DNA of 64,000 bases from positions 480,001 to 544,000 of the forward strand of contig OY761556.1 of the NCBI GenBank assembly GCA_963664705.1. The letters are read 5' to 3'. The DNA comes from Acidobacteriota bacterium. GTDB taxonomy: Bacteria > Acidobacteriota > UBA6911. Made by a program: the position numbers and the translations under genes. Positions 51,066 through 60,995 of the stretch are shown here, piece by piece (positions within the stretch are counted from its first letter, which is position 1; every line of letters begins with the position of its first letter). The notes beneath the pieces are model-generated. The model had not been told where the DNA came from, did not search any database, and saw only the letters and a list, made by a program, of their open reading frames with translations.

Positions 51066-52121
51066 TCACCATTGCCAGCGGCTGAATTGGGCCGCTCTCC
51101 TGGATAAATCTCTGAATGCTTCTCCTTCGCGAACGGGCATTTCTTCGGGATGGCTCTTCTCCATCGCCACCATGATTGCCCGCAGGCTGTCCTGTAACCC
51201 CTGCATGCTGTATCCCCCTTCTAGAATAAAGCAGATCTTTCCGTTGCACCAACGTTCGGCAGCCTGCATCAGAGATGCCGCTGCTGAACCATATCCCATG
51301 TGCGTAAGCGCAAGGCCTCCCAGGGGATCTTTGTAGTGGCCATCCAGCCCTGCGGAAACCAGGATTATCTGGGGCTCGTACTGGTCAAGAACCGTGGCGA
51401 TGAGTTTTGAGTAAATGGGAACAAAAATGGAATCGCCCGTTCCTTCCGGCAGCGGGAAGTTCAGCGTATATCCCTTCCCATTGCCGTCGCCGGTTTCGTG
51501 GAAGTCGCCCGTTCCCGGGTAAAAAGGGAATTGGTGTGTGGATATATAGAGAACCTCCGGAGTTCCATAGAAGCAGGATTGGGTTCCATCCCCGTGATGA
51601 ACGTCGAAATCCACAATGGCGATCCGTTCGACTTTATGCCGTGTGCGGAGGTAGGCAGCTGCAAGGGCAATGTTGTTAAAAAGGCAGAAGCCCCTGGCGC
51701 TTTCAGAATTTGCATGGTGTCCCGGCGGGCGGACAAATGCAAAGATCCTGCGGAGTTGCCCGCTGCACAAGGCATCCATGCATTCCAGGACTCCGCCGGC
51801 AGCGAGCAGCGCCGTTTGGTAGCTGTCTGCGGATACTGCGGTATCCACGTCCAGATACGCAGGGGCGCGCCGCACAGCCTGCTCAACGCGCTGGATATGA
51901 ACGGGGTGGTGGATAAGCTCCAGGTCTTCAACAGTGGCTTTGCGGGGAGCCAGCACCCGCCAGCGGCTGAATGCTCCAAAATCCTGGAGCATCTGTCGGA
52001 TGGCGGACAATCTCTGAGGGGATTCCGGATGTCGCGATCCGGGATCGTGAAGTAGATATTGACCATCCAGGAGAAAGCCGAGAGTTTTCTCCTGAATGGA
52101 TATTTGATCTGCTGGGCTCAT
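51066..52121 (-). CDS. Zn-dependent histone deacetylase family protein (class II/AcuC-like)
   Basis: HPESP.RL, RPPGHHA, GFCLFNN, DFDVHHGDGT, SAG.D.H..DPL, LEGGY. Confidence 0.93.
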   Translation of the reverse strand: MSPADQISIQEKTLGFLLDGQYLLHDPGSRHPESPQRLSAIRQMLQDFGAFSRWRVLAPRKATVEDLELIHHPVHIQRVEQAVRRAPAYLDVDTAVSADSYQTALLAAGGVLECMDALCSGQLRRIFAFVRPPGHHANSESARGFCLFNNIALAAAYLRTRHKVERIAIVDFDVHHGDGTQSCFYGTPEVLYISTHQFPFYPGTGDFHETGDGNGKGYTLNFPLPEGTGDSIFVPIYSKLIATVLDQYEPQIILVSAGLDGHYKDPLGGLALTHMGYGSAAASLMQAAERWCNGKICFILEGGYSMQGLQDSLRAIMVAMEKSHPEEMPVREGEAFRDLSRRAAQFSRWQW

Positions 52122-52122
52122 T

Positions 52123-53388
52123 TCAGGCTACGACGCAGCGCTGCTCCTCTATGTGCGCGGCAAATTCACTATAGAATTTTTGTATATAGCTCTCGATCGG
52201 CATTGCTGCCGCATCCGATAACGGACAAATGGTCCGGCCCTTCATTGCAGTGCAAATATCGAGCATCAACTCCAGATCGCCACGCTTGCCATGGCCGTGC
52301 TCGATTCTTTTCAGAATACGGTGGAGCCACTCCGTGCCTTCGCGGCATTGCGTGCACTGCCCGCAGGATTCTTCCGCATAGAATTGGGATATCCGCAAAG
52401 CCGCCTTTACTATGCAGGTGGAGTCGTCCATGACGATAACGCCCGCTGATCCCAGCATGCTTCCGGCTTTCGCGACGGAATCAAAATCAAGTGCGATGTC
52501 CACCTGGTCCGCTGTAAGCACCGGGACGGACGAGCCTCCCGGGACAATGGCCTTCAGTTTGCGTCCGTTGCGAATGCCGCCGCAGTGGTCATAAATCAGC
52601 TCGCGCAGCGAAATCCCCATGGGAAATTCATAAACGCCGCGCTTGACGACATGGCCGCTGACTCCGAACAGACGCGTTCCCGCATTCCGTTCGACTCCGA
52701 TGGCTGCATACCATTCGGGTCCGTTATTGATAATATGGGAGACATTGGCCAGGGTCTCGACATTGTTGATGACCGTTGGCGCACCATAAAGCCCGACCAC
52801 CGCAGGAAATGGGGGTTTCAGCCGCGGATGGCCGCGCTTCCCCTCCAGGGATTCCAGTAAGGCGGTTTCCTCTCCGCAAATGTAGGCCCCGGCACCCCGG
52901 TGGACCAGCAGATCGCAGTCAAATCCGGAACCCAATATATTCTTTCCCAGGAACCCTCTTTCGTAGGCTTCCTCAACCGCTTTGTTCAATACTTCCGAGC
53001 CATAGACAAATTCGCCGCGGATGTAAATAAAGGCTTGATGACACCCGAGCGCATAGGCGGAAATAATGATGCCTTCAATCAGCTGGTGCGGATCCTTTTC
53101 GATAATCAGCCGGTCCTTGAAAGTGCCCGGTTCGCTTTCATCTGCGTTGACACAGAGATAAACCGGCTTGCCACCGTCCTTTGGCACGAATCCCCATTTC
53201 ATTCCCGTAGGGAAGCCTGCCCCGCCGCGGCCGCGCAATCCTGACCGCTTGACGATATCAATGATTTCCTCGGGCTTATACTCGCGCAGCGCTTTGGCGA
53301 GTCCAGCATAGCCCCCGAGAGATTCGTAGACCTTGATCTGCTGAAGATCTGAGACCTGCATGTTCTTCGTCAGTATTTGAATCGACAT
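52123..53388 (-). CDS. nuoF: NADH dehydrogenase flavoprotein subunit NuoF
   Basis: RGRGGAGFPTG.KW, NADESEPGTFKDR, GAGAYICGEETAL, NNVET, PGGSS, ESCGQCTQCREG...TICPL. Confidence 0.95.
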   Translation of the reverse strand: MSIQILTKNMQVSDLQQIKVYESLGGYAGLAKALREYKPEEIIDIVKRSGLRGRGGAGFPTGMKWGFVPKDGGKPVYLCVNADESEPGTFKDRLIIEKDPHQLIEGIIISAYALGCHQAFIYIRGEFVYGSEVLNKAVEEAYERGFLGKNILGSGFDCDLLVHRGAGAYICGEETALLESLEGKRGHPRLKPPFPAVVGLYGAPTVINNVETLANVSHIINNGPEWYAAIGVERNAGTRLFGVSGHVVKRGVYEFPMGISLRELIYDHCGGIRNGRKLKAIVPGGSSVPVLTADQVDIALDFDSVAKAGSMLGSAGVIVMDDSTCIVKAALRISQFYAEESCGQCTQCREGTEWLHRILKRIEHGHGKRGDLELMLDICTAMKGRTICPLSDAAAMPIESYIQKFYSEFAAHIEEQRCVVA

Positions 53389-53421
53389 GGGAATGGAATG
53401 TCCTTTTCTCCAGATATACCT

Positions 53422-53430
53422 ATACTACCA
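53422..53430 (-). promoter_or_regulatory. Putative extended -10 promoter for nuoF
   Basis: Minus strand TGGTAGTAT about 35 nt upstream of the nuoF ATG. Confidence 0.4.
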
Positions 53431-53540
53431 TAGGATCGGGAATCTCTTCGAGTACTAGAGTTATTTGATGATAGCGGGATAGATTCCTCAATTTGCGCTA
53501 CAATGAACTCACAGACGGTTCGCAATCAAGGGTGAGCGGG

Positions 53541-54461
53541 ATGGATCTGCCGATTTTGGAGGTTTTTGAGCGGTGTCAGCGACGATATCCCACCGTGCGC
53601 GTCGATGTCGAAGCCTTCGAATCCCGTATCCGCGAAATCCTTTCTACAGAAGCAGCCTCAGCCAAAGAGGCTGCGAAAGCGGAAATTTTTGCCAAACTTC
53701 ACCACGAAGATATTTACCTTGCCCTGGCCTGCGCCGGCGATGACCGTATCGCGTGGGAGTACTTTGCCGATGACTACGTGCCGCTTCTTCGACGGTTTGC
53801 GGGTCAGGCCTGCAACAATGCCGGAGATGCGGAAGACCTGGCTCAGGAAATCACCGCCAAGCTGATGAAAAATAGAGAACGCCTCGGTGGATATAATGGT
53901 CGAGGATCTTTGGCCGGGTGGTTGAGAGTGGCCGTATCCCATGCGGCGATTGACAGATTTCGGCGCACATACAGAATGAGCTCCATGGAAGAACTGGAGC
54001 AAAAGGGAATTGACGTTACGCCGCAAAGTCCGGGGTCGGATTCGGAGGGAGAGTTCCTCGATTCCAGGTGGGGGGAGACAATCGGTCATGTCATTCAGGA
54101 GATACTGCGGGCACTGCCTGTGAGGGATCGGTTGATGCTCAGTCTCTATTACCTGAAAAACGTTTCCCTCCGGGATATCGGCCGCCAGTTTGGCATACAC
54201 GAAGCCACCGCATCCCGCTGGCTTGAGCGGATGCGACAGGATATCCGGAAACAAACGGAGCGGGAACTTCACCGGAAATACCGTCTGACTCCCGACGAAG
54301 TCAAATCGCTTTGGCGATGGGTGCCTCCACTGTCGCTGGCAGATTCGATCGGCCCTCCCACCGAAGGAACTTCAAAATTGCCGAATGAGGGCGGAACGAT
54401 GGAGAAAAAAGCTGCAATCGGAGAAAACTCCGGCGTCATTAAAAAGGAGGAATTGCAGTGA
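53541..54461 (+). CDS. ECF-type sigma-70 factor with N-terminal extension
   Basis: L..EDIYLALAC..DD..AW..F, AEDL.Q, Y.GRGSL.GWLR, region 4 L...DR..L.LYY...SL..IG..FG.H.AT.SRWL.R. Start uncertain. Confidence 0.88.
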   Translation: MDLPILEVFERCQRRYPTVRVDVEAFESRIREILSTEAASAKEAAKAEIFAKLHHEDIYLALACAGDDRIAWEYFADDYVPLLRRFAGQACNNAGDAEDLAQEITAKLMKNRERLGGYNGRGSLAGWLRVAVSHAAIDRFRRTYRMSSMEELEQKGIDVTPQSPGSDSEGEFLDSRWGETIGHVIQEILRALPVRDRLMLSLYYLKNVSLRDIGRQFGIHEATASRWLERMRQDIRKQTERELHRKYRLTPDEVKSLWRWVPPLSLADSIGPPTEGTSKLPNEGGTMEKKAAIGENSGVIKKEELQ

Positions 54462-55672
54462 GGGATACGCCTATCGATCGTCACATAAGCAAATCGCTCT
54501 CTGCAGAGGCGCAAAGCCCGGCGGGCCATGTCGTGGATGAGAACCGGATGGCTGCATACCTCGAGGGGAATCTGTCTCCGGAAGAGGCGATAGCGTTTGA
54601 AGCCCACATGGCAAATTGTGACGTCTGTCAGGAGACGCTTGCTCTGGCTTTGAAGCTGCAGTCGCAGGAAGACGAGCCTTTTCAGGAGCAGCCGTCCTCA
54701 CCTGCCAGGAAAAGGCTGTTCCACATATCGATCCCAATCTCGGCTGTCGCCGGGCTGCTTCTTTGTGCAGGTATCGCGGTTGTATTCTTCCGGGTCTATG
54801 ACGAGCCGCGCAGATTCACGGCACCTCAGGTTGCAGAGCTTCCGCCAGCGGCTCGGAATGAAGCGAGGCCATCGGTGTCTACACCGCCTGCGGTTGAATC
54901 TGAGCCTGCCCAGAAGATAGCATCCGGACCGGAATCCAAAGAAAAAACCCGCGAGATCCAGCCTCGATCCGCTGCTCCCGTTCAGCCGGCCCCACCGCCT
55001 GTCGATGGTCTGTTCGCTGTCGGGGCAAGCGGAGATATTGCATCGTTGGACAAAAAGGGAGCATTGAACATGCCAGCGGAGGCCGTTGGCGGGTCGACGG
55101 CTCCAGTGCAGCCTGAAGGCGCCCGCCGCGCGGATGCGCCGATGATTCACAAGGAAGAAATGCCGACGCCTGTTTTACAAAACAGTGCGTCTCCACCGGC
55201 GGCCGCGGTCTCTCTTGGTAAGATCACGGCACCCTCCGTTGCGATTCAGGCTCAAAACTCTAAAGCTAAAGATGAAGCGGATGCTTCCGGCTCCAATCTG
55301 TCCGCGGAAGTATCCGCTCCCGCCCGGACTCAGGAACCATTTCAAAGACCGAGTATCTACGCGGCTTCAAACCGGATTGCCACGACTTTATACGAGACCG
55401 AAAGCTTTGAGTCCTATATAAGGTTCGTGATCAGGAGTTTGGATGTTACGCGGAAATCGGCGGAGAACAAGGCAATCGGCGACAGAGTGTTCTTTAAGAA
55501 CCGCGGGTACTGGATCGATAAGCAGTGCGCGGAGAATTCAGCCGATCCGATTGTGGTGATCAAGGCAGCCGATTCGGATTTTGCCTCGATAATGCAGAAA
55601 TATCCGGATACAAAAGCCCTGTTGCCTGCAATCATCTATTGGGAGAAGAAGAACTACGTTCTCTCCAAATAA
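54458..55672 (+). CDS. zf-HC2 anti-sigma factor with TM helix, Pro/Ala linker and C-terminal domain
   Basis: H....AAYLEG.LS.EE...FEAHMANCDVC (HxxxCxxC); TM helix; SD AAGGAGG; GTGA overlap with the sigma stop. Confidence 0.85.
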   Translation: MRDTPIDRHISKSLSAEAQSPAGHVVDENRMAAYLEGNLSPEEAIAFEAHMANCDVCQETLALALKLQSQEDEPFQEQPSSPARKRLFHISIPISAVAGLLLCAGIAVVFFRVYDEPRRFTAPQVAELPPAARNEARPSVSTPPAVESEPAQKIASGPESKEKTREIQPRSAAPVQPAPPPVDGLFAVGASGDIASLDKKGALNMPAEAVGGSTAPVQPEGARRADAPMIHKEEMPTPVLQNSASPPAAAVSLGKITAPSVAIQAQNSKAKDEADASGSNLSAEVSAPARTQEPFQRPSIYAASNRIATTLYETESFESYIRFVIRSLDVTRKSAENKAIGDRVFFKNRGYWIDKQCAENSADPIVVIKAADSDFASIMQKYPDTKALLPAIIYWEKKNYVLSK

Positions 55673-55786
55673 GCGGAATTGTGAGCGGGTTGTTCCGCCG
55701 GGAGCGCCGCGTTCCGGCGGATGACGTATACCATTTGTTCTAAGCCCCAGTATTTGCCCAAGGAAGCCGGAAGCACGATGCTTCCC

Positions 55787-55984
55787 AGCCCCAGCGGGGC
55801 GGCCAGAACTTAGCCGGGGGTGAGCGCTTTTTGCGAACCCCCGGATTGGATTAGTCATGTAGCCCTGACGGGGGCGGCAGAATGCTGACTTTCGCCCCTA
55901 GCCAGGGCTCTCTCTACCGCCTATCGCTACCGGGGGTTCGCTGCGCTTCACCCCCGGCTACTTTCTGACCGCCCCGGCGGAGAT
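55787..55984. repeat. REP/MITE-like composite palindrome (~200 bp)
   Basis: Left arm AGCCCCAGCGGGGCGGCCAGAACTTAGCCGGGGGTGAGCGC..GCGAACCCCCGG is nearly the reverse complement of right arm CCGGGGGTTCGC..GCGCTTCACCCCCGGCTACTTTCTGACCGCCCCGGCGG; inner pair AGCCCTG..GGGGCG / CGCCCC..CAGGGCT. Confidence 0.85.
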
Positions 55985-56115
55985 GCATCACATTTGCGGC
56001 TTTCTCGGGCAATCTTTCAGCCCCCCGGGCCTGTTGCATCACTCGCATCGCGGGGCCTAGCGCAAATAATATGCAGCATTAGCCGGGACACTGGCGCTCC
56101 TGTGAAAACGCCTAA

Positions 56116-56712
56116 TTATTCAAATCGACCCACACGGACCTGCGAGGGGCGGAGCAGTTGCCCGTTCATTGAATAGCCGGTCTGCAATTCCTCCACAACA
56201 ACTCCATCGCGGTCCGCCCGTTGCACGGTCACAGTCCCCACCGCCTGTTGCACGTTAGGATCAAAAGGCTGCTCCAGGGACGGAATAGCCTCCACGCCCA
56301 ATGTCTGAAGTTTGGACCGGAACATGTTGGCCGTCATCTGCACACCTTCAAGCAGATGTTCAATGCTACCCGCCTTTGAAGCTGCGGTTGTTGCGCGCTG
56401 CAGGTTGTCGAGGATTTCCAGGAAAGGGAGCACGATCTTCTGCTTTTCCGCCTCGAGCCTGCGACCGAAGTCGGCTTCCAGCCGTACTTTCGTGCGGGCG
56501 ATTTCTTCGTCAATCTGTTGTTTCTTTTCCAGAAATTTGCGTTCGGTTTCGGCGACGCGGGCCATCAGCTCTTCCACATAGCTCGGGTAGCGCGGTTTTT
56601 CTTCCTGGAGTTCAACCTTGTCGATGTCTTCGAGATTTATAAACTGTCTTTTGTCTATCACTTGGAATTCCGGAGATTCAGGTTCACGCTTCTGCTTTGA
56701 CTGATTTTCCAT
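56116..56712 (-). CDS. grpE: Nucleotide exchange factor GrpE
   Basis: L.ILDNL.RA, .EGV.M....F...L...GV..I.....PFDP....AV, V.E.Q.GY..NG.LLRP..V.V. Confidence 0.9.
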   Translation of the reverse strand: MENQSKQKREPESPEFQVIDKRQFINLEDIDKVELQEEKPRYPSYVEELMARVAETERKFLEKKQQIDEEIARTKVRLEADFGRRLEAEKQKIVLPFLEILDNLQRATTAASKAGSIEHLLEGVQMTANMFRSKLQTLGVEAIPSLEQPFDPNVQQAVGTVTVQRADRDGVVVEELQTGYSMNGQLLRPSQVRVGRFE

Positions 56713-56756
56713 ATGCCTGTGTATGAAGTGCAAAGTTAGGGATTAGCAATAAAGAA

Positions 56757-57605
56757 TCAAGGGCGCAATGCCTGGGCGGTTCTGCCCATTAGACGATTGA
56801 TCCGTTCCTGTGTCGGCGGATGCGTGCTGAACAGGTTCATGAGCGAACCGCCGCTGAAGGGATGCATGATAAACATATGCGCGGTACTTGGAGAGGCTTC
56901 CAGCGGAATGTGCTTCGAGTAATTCTCCAGTTTCTGAAGTGCCGAAGCCAGCCCGTGAGGACTGCCGGCAACTTCCGCCCCGCTGGCATCCGCCTGGTAT
57001 TCCCTGGTGCGGGAAATCCACATTTGAATGAGCATCGCGGCCAGTGGGGCGATAATGATCATGATGATTCCTCCCATGCCCCCGCCGCCTTCATCATCGC
57101 GGTCACGGCTGCCGCCGAATAATCCGGCGAAATTGGCGAGCCACATGAGCATGCCTGCCAAAGAGGCGGCAACGCTGCTGATCAAAATATCCCTGTTTCT
57201 TACATGGGAAATTTCATGGGCAAGGACTCCCGTCAGTTCGTCCCGGTCGAGAATTCTCAAAGCTCCCTGCGTGACCGCTACTGAAGCATGTTGCGGGTTG
57301 CGGCCGGTGGCGAATGCGTTCGGAGATTCATCCGGGATGATGTAGATCCGTGGCACGGGGATATTGCTGCGCGCACAGAGGAAATCCATTATGCCGAAAA
57401 GCTCCGGAGCCTGCTCTCTCGTGACCGGCTGAGCACGATACATGCTCAAAGCGATCTTGTCCGAGAAGAAATAGCTGGCGAAATTCATCATCAGCGACAT
57501 AACCAAGGCAATCGTCAAGCCCTGGTATCCCCAGAAACTGCCGACAAACAGAATAACTCCCGTCAGCAAACCGAGCAGCAATACTGTCTTAATATTATTA
57601 GCCAT
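56757..57605 (-). CDS. htpX: Zn metalloprotease HtpX
   Basis: PNAFATGRNP, AHEISH (HExxH), SRTREY.AD, LFSTHPP..ERI..L. Confidence 0.96.
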   Translation of the reverse strand: MANNIKTVLLLGLLTGVILFVGSFWGYQGLTIALVMSLMMNFASYFFSDKIALSMYRAQPVTREQAPELFGIMDFLCARSNIPVPRIYIIPDESPNAFATGRNPQHASVAVTQGALRILDRDELTGVLAHEISHVRNRDILISSVAASLAGMLMWLANFAGLFGGSRDRDDEGGGGMGGIIMIIIAPLAAMLIQMWISRTREYQADASGAEVAGSPHGLASALQKLENYSKHIPLEASPSTAHMFIMHPFSGGSLMNLFSTHPPTQERINRLMGRTAQALRP

Positions 57606-57637
57606 AGAGCCCAAATAGTACCATCAACCATCAATGA

Positions 57638-57688
57638 AGATGCAGGATACAGGATGAAGGATGCAAGAAATCGGCATCCTTCATCCCT
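57638..57688. repeat. Period-7 inverted array between clpB and htpX
   Basis: AGATGCA-GGATACA-GGATGAA-GGATGCA, then the complementary GCATCC-TTCATCC; also CCATCAA x2 at 57621-57634. Confidence 0.75.
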
Positions 57689-57696
57689 TTCCATTG

Positions 57697-60291
57697 TCAT
57701 ACCGCCGCACGTGCTCTTTTTTCGAACTGGAGTTCGCCCGTCTTTTTGTCCGCCGAGAGATGAATTGTATCGCCCGGCAGGATCTCGCCATTCAGCAGCA
57801 TCAGGGCGAGGCGGTCTTGTATCTTTTTTTGGATCAAGCGCTTGAGCGGCCTTGCTCCATATACCGGATCGTAGCCTTCGCGCGCAAGCTCTTCCGCAGC
57901 CTTCGCGTCAACATCCAGAACCAGATCTTTCTGGCCCAACAGCTTTTCCAACTGCTTCAGCTGGAGCTTGACGATGCCTTGAATAAGGTCCTTCGACAAT
58001 CGATGGAACACGATGATATCGTCGATACGGTTGAGAAACTCAGGCCTGAAGGTGTTGCGCAGCGCTTCCATCAACCGGGGCGTCGCCGCATCCAAATCTC
58101 CTGAAGACTCGCTGATCGCATGGCTTCCAATATTGGAGGTCATGATAATCACCGTGTTCTTGAAGTCCACGGTTCGGCCTTTCCCGTCAGTCAGGCGCCC
58201 GTCGTCCAGAATCTGTAGCAAAACATTAAAAACATCGGGATGCGCTTTTTCGATCTCGTCGAACAGGATGACGGCATACGGTCGTCGGCGAATGGCTTCT
58301 GTCAGATAGCCGCCTTCCTCGTACCCTACATATCCGGGAGGCGCTCCGATCAGGCGCGCAACGGAATGCTTTTCCATGTATTCCGACATATCGATGCGAA
58401 CCATCGCTCTTTCGTCATCAAACAAAAACTCAGCCAGAGCTCTTGCGAGTTCTGTTTTACCGACACCGGTTGGACCAAGAAAAATGAAGGATCCCATGGG
58501 CCGCTTGGTGTCCTGCAATCCCGCACGAGCTCTCCGAATTGCGTTGGAAACGGCGGACAGCGCAGCATCCTGCCCCAGCACACGCTCCCGCAGACGATCC
58601 TCCATGTGAACCAGTTTGTGAATCTCGCCTTCAAGCATTTTACTGACAGGAATGCCGGTCCACTTGGCTACCACCTCCGCGATGTCTTCCTCGTCGACTT
58701 CTTCTTTAAGAAACTTCTTTTCAGCCTGCAGGCTGTTCAATCGACCATTCTGTGCGTCCAGTTCCTTCTGCAACTGGACAAGCGTACCGTAACGCAATTC
58801 GGCGGCTTTGCCCAGATCGCCCAGGCGCTCGGCATTCTGTTCTTCGGACTTTACGGCATCCATCCGTCCTTTGACCGATTGAATCGAGCTGATGATTTCC
58901 CGCTCCTGCTGCCAATGCAGCTTCATCTGTGCGCTCTTTTCGCGCAGTTCCGCCAGATCCTGTTTTAGTGTGGCAAGGCGATCCAACGACGATTTGTCTG
59001 TTTCCTTCGACAAGGCTTGACGTTCGATTTCCAGTTGAGTAATGCGCCGCTCCACCTCATCTATTTCAACAGGCATACTGTCGATCTCTATGCGCAGGCG
59101 GGAAGCCGCCTCGTCCACGAGATCAACCGCCTTGTCCGGCAGGAATCGGTCCGCAATGTATCGGTGTGACAAAACGGCTGCTGCAACAAGAGCGGAGTCG
59201 GTGATCCGGACCCCGTGATGCACTTCGTATTTTTCCTTCAATCCCCGAAGAATCGCAATGGTGTCTTCTGTGGAAGGCTCGCCCACATAAACCGGCTGGA
59301 ATCGCCGTTCCAGTGCCGCATCCTTTTCAATATACTTTTTGTATTCGTTCAGAGTTGTGGCTCCGACGCAGCGCAACTCGCCGCGCGCCAATGCCGGCTT
59401 GAGCATATTCGATGCATCAATGGCACCCTCGGCGGCGCCCGCACCGACAAGGGTGTGCAGCTCGTCAATGAACAAAATGATCGATCCCGCCGATTCTTCG
59501 ATTTCGCGCAGCACCGCCTTCAACCTGTCCTCAAACTCTCCCCGGTATTTGGCTCCGGCGAGCATCCCGCCAAGATCCAGCGCCACCATCTGCTTCTTCT
59601 TCAGGCTCTCCGGAACATCGCCCGCGACAATCCGCTGAGCCAGGCCTTCAACGATCGCGGTTTTGCCGACCCCGGGTTCTCCAATAAGGACCGGGTTATT
59701 CTTGGTGCGCCTGGATAGAACCTGAATTACTCTTCGGATTTCGTCGTCCCGACCAATGACAGGATCGAGTTTGCCTCTTCGCGCAAGATCTGTCAGATCG
59801 CGGGCATACCGCTTTAATGCCTGGTATTTTTCCTCCGCATTCGGATCGGTTACGCGCTGGCTGCCCCGGATCGATGCCAGGACTTTTAAAATGTCCGGGC
59901 GGTCCGCTCCATGCTGGCGAAGCAGCTTGCCGGCAAACCCATCGGCGCCGGAAAGTCCCAAAAGCAGATGCTCGGTTGAAATGTATTCATCTTTGAATTG
60001 ATCCGCCTCCGCCTCCGCCTGGCGAAAAACTGCATCCAATTTTGGAGACCCGGCCAGTTGCGCCCCGTGAACCTTGGGCTGACTAGCAAGATGGCGGTCC
60101 AGATCGGATTGCATCGATTCTATGGACACGCCCAGCTTTTTGAGAAGCGGGGCAACCAGGCCATCTTCCTGGCTTAGAAGGGCGTACAGCAAGTGCTCCG
60201 GTTCAATGAGCGGACTATCGAGACTGTCCGCCTTCCGCTGGGCGGCCTGCAGTGCTTCCTGCGCCTTTATTGTCAGTTTTTCGAAACGCAT
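57697..60291 (-). CDS. clpB: Disaggregase ClpB
   Basis: [23 protein letters not shown], long coiled-coil M domain, [24 protein letters not shown]. Confidence 0.98.
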   Translation of the reverse strand: MRFEKLTIKAQEALQAAQRKADSLDSPLIEPEHLLYALLSQEDGLVAPLLKKLGVSIESMQSDLDRHLASQPKVHGAQLAGSPKLDAVFRQAEAEADQFKDEYISTEHLLLGLSGADGFAGKLLRQHGADRPDILKVLASIRGSQRVTDPNAEEKYQALKRYARDLTDLARRGKLDPVIGRDDEIRRVIQVLSRRTKNNPVLIGEPGVGKTAIVEGLAQRIVAGDVPESLKKKQMVALDLGGMLAGAKYRGEFEDRLKAVLREIEESAGSIILFIDELHTLVGAGAAEGAIDASNMLKPALARGELRCVGATTLNEYKKYIEKDAALERRFQPVYVGEPSTEDTIAILRGLKEKYEVHHGVRITDSALVAAAVLSHRYIADRFLPDKAVDLVDEAASRLRIEIDSMPVEIDEVERRITQLEIERQALSKETDKSSLDRLATLKQDLAELREKSAQMKLHWQQEREIISSIQSVKGRMDAVKSEEQNAERLGDLGKAAELRYGTLVQLQKELDAQNGRLNSLQAEKKFLKEEVDEEDIAEVVAKWTGIPVSKMLEGEIHKLVHMEDRLRERVLGQDAALSAVSNAIRRARAGLQDTKRPMGSFIFLGPTGVGKTELARALAEFLFDDERAMVRIDMSEYMEKHSVARLIGAPPGYVGYEEGGYLTEAIRRRPYAVILFDEIEKAHPDVFNVLLQILDDGRLTDGKGRTVDFKNTVIIMTSNIGSHAISESSGDLDAATPRLMEALRNTFRPEFLNRIDDIIVFHRLSKDLIQGIVKLQLKQLEKLLGQKDLVLDVDAKAAEELAREGYDPVYGARPLKRLIQKKIQDRLALMLLNGEILPGDTIHLSADKKTGELQFEKRARAAV

Positions 60292-60352
60292 GTCTTTGAA
60301 CCTCTATGAGCGATTTTTGCTGCGCGATGTCCGGCGCAAGGCCGAAGGTGCT

Positions 60353-60417
60353 CAAAATGCAGGAGCAGTCTGCGTTCAGGGGAACCCTAGGTATCGCATT
60401 CTGCGTCCTGCATTTTG
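60353..60417. repeat. Inverted repeat in the hsp20-clpB spacer
   Basis: CAAAATGCAGGAGCAG ... CTGCGTCCTGCATTTTG (one bulge); right arm shows period 7 (CATTCTG-CGTCCTG-CATTTTG). Confidence 0.65.
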
Positions 60418-60426
60418 GTTTTTGAG

Positions 60427-60858
60427 TTACTGGACGCTGACAGGGATTTCTCGAGGTCTGACCTCGGGTTTCTGCGGGATCGTCACTGTCAGCACGCCAT
60501 TCTTATAATCGGCATGTATCTTTTCACTGTCCACAGAATCCGGCAACCTGAAGGACCGGGTAAACGAACCATAAAAGCTTTCCACGCGGTGGTAGTTGCT
60601 TTTTTTATCTTCGTTTTCCATTTTGCGCTCACCTTTAAGGGTGAGGGTATTGCCCTCGATCTTCAAGTCAATCTGCTTTTCGCTCATGCCTGGAAGCTCG
60701 GCTCGAAGAATCAAATTCCCGTCTTTTTCAAGAATGTCCACCGAAGGCATCCATGTGTCTCGTGTCTCCGGAACGGAACTGAACGGGAAATCACTGAAAA
60801 ACTCTTCGAACAAGCGGGCCGGCGATTCTGACCTGCGAACATATGGAATCAATCTCAT
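60427..60858 (-). CDS. Hsp20/alpha-crystallin small heat-shock protein
   Basis: W.PSVDI.E, AELPG, LTL.GER, E..YGSF.RSF.LP, A.YKNGVLTV..P. SD GGAGGT before ATG 60858. Confidence 0.95.
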   Translation of the reverse strand: MRLIPYVRRSESPARLFEEFFSDFPFSSVPETRDTWMPSVDILEKDGNLILRAELPGMSEKQIDLKIEGNTLTLKGERKMENEDKKSNYHRVESFYGSFTRSFRLPDSVDSEKIHADYKNGVLTVTIPQKPEVRPREIPVSVQ

Positions 60859-60903
60859 TTCTTGTACCTCCATTTCAATCTTTAGTACGTTCAATACATA
60901 AGA

Positions 60904-60924
60904 TGTGAGTGTTTCATTGTCAAC
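60904..60924 (-). promoter_or_regulatory. -35 TTGACA overlapped by an HspR (HAIR)-like operator
   Basis: Plus strand TGTGAGT-N7-TGTCAAC versus HAIR consensus CTTGAGT-N7-ACTCAAG. Confidence 0.5.
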
Positions 60925-60995
60925 CTTTGCCGAAACCTCTGAAAAGAGGTTGTAATCGCGTCCGGTGGTCTCCGGAGTCGGCAAAGGGGGGATTG

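Noticed and set aside
55675-55688. GGAATTGTGAGCGG, identical to the left part of the lac operator
   Set aside because: The right half (ATAACAATT) is absent and there is no vector or lac context; treated as coincidence within a GC hairpin region.
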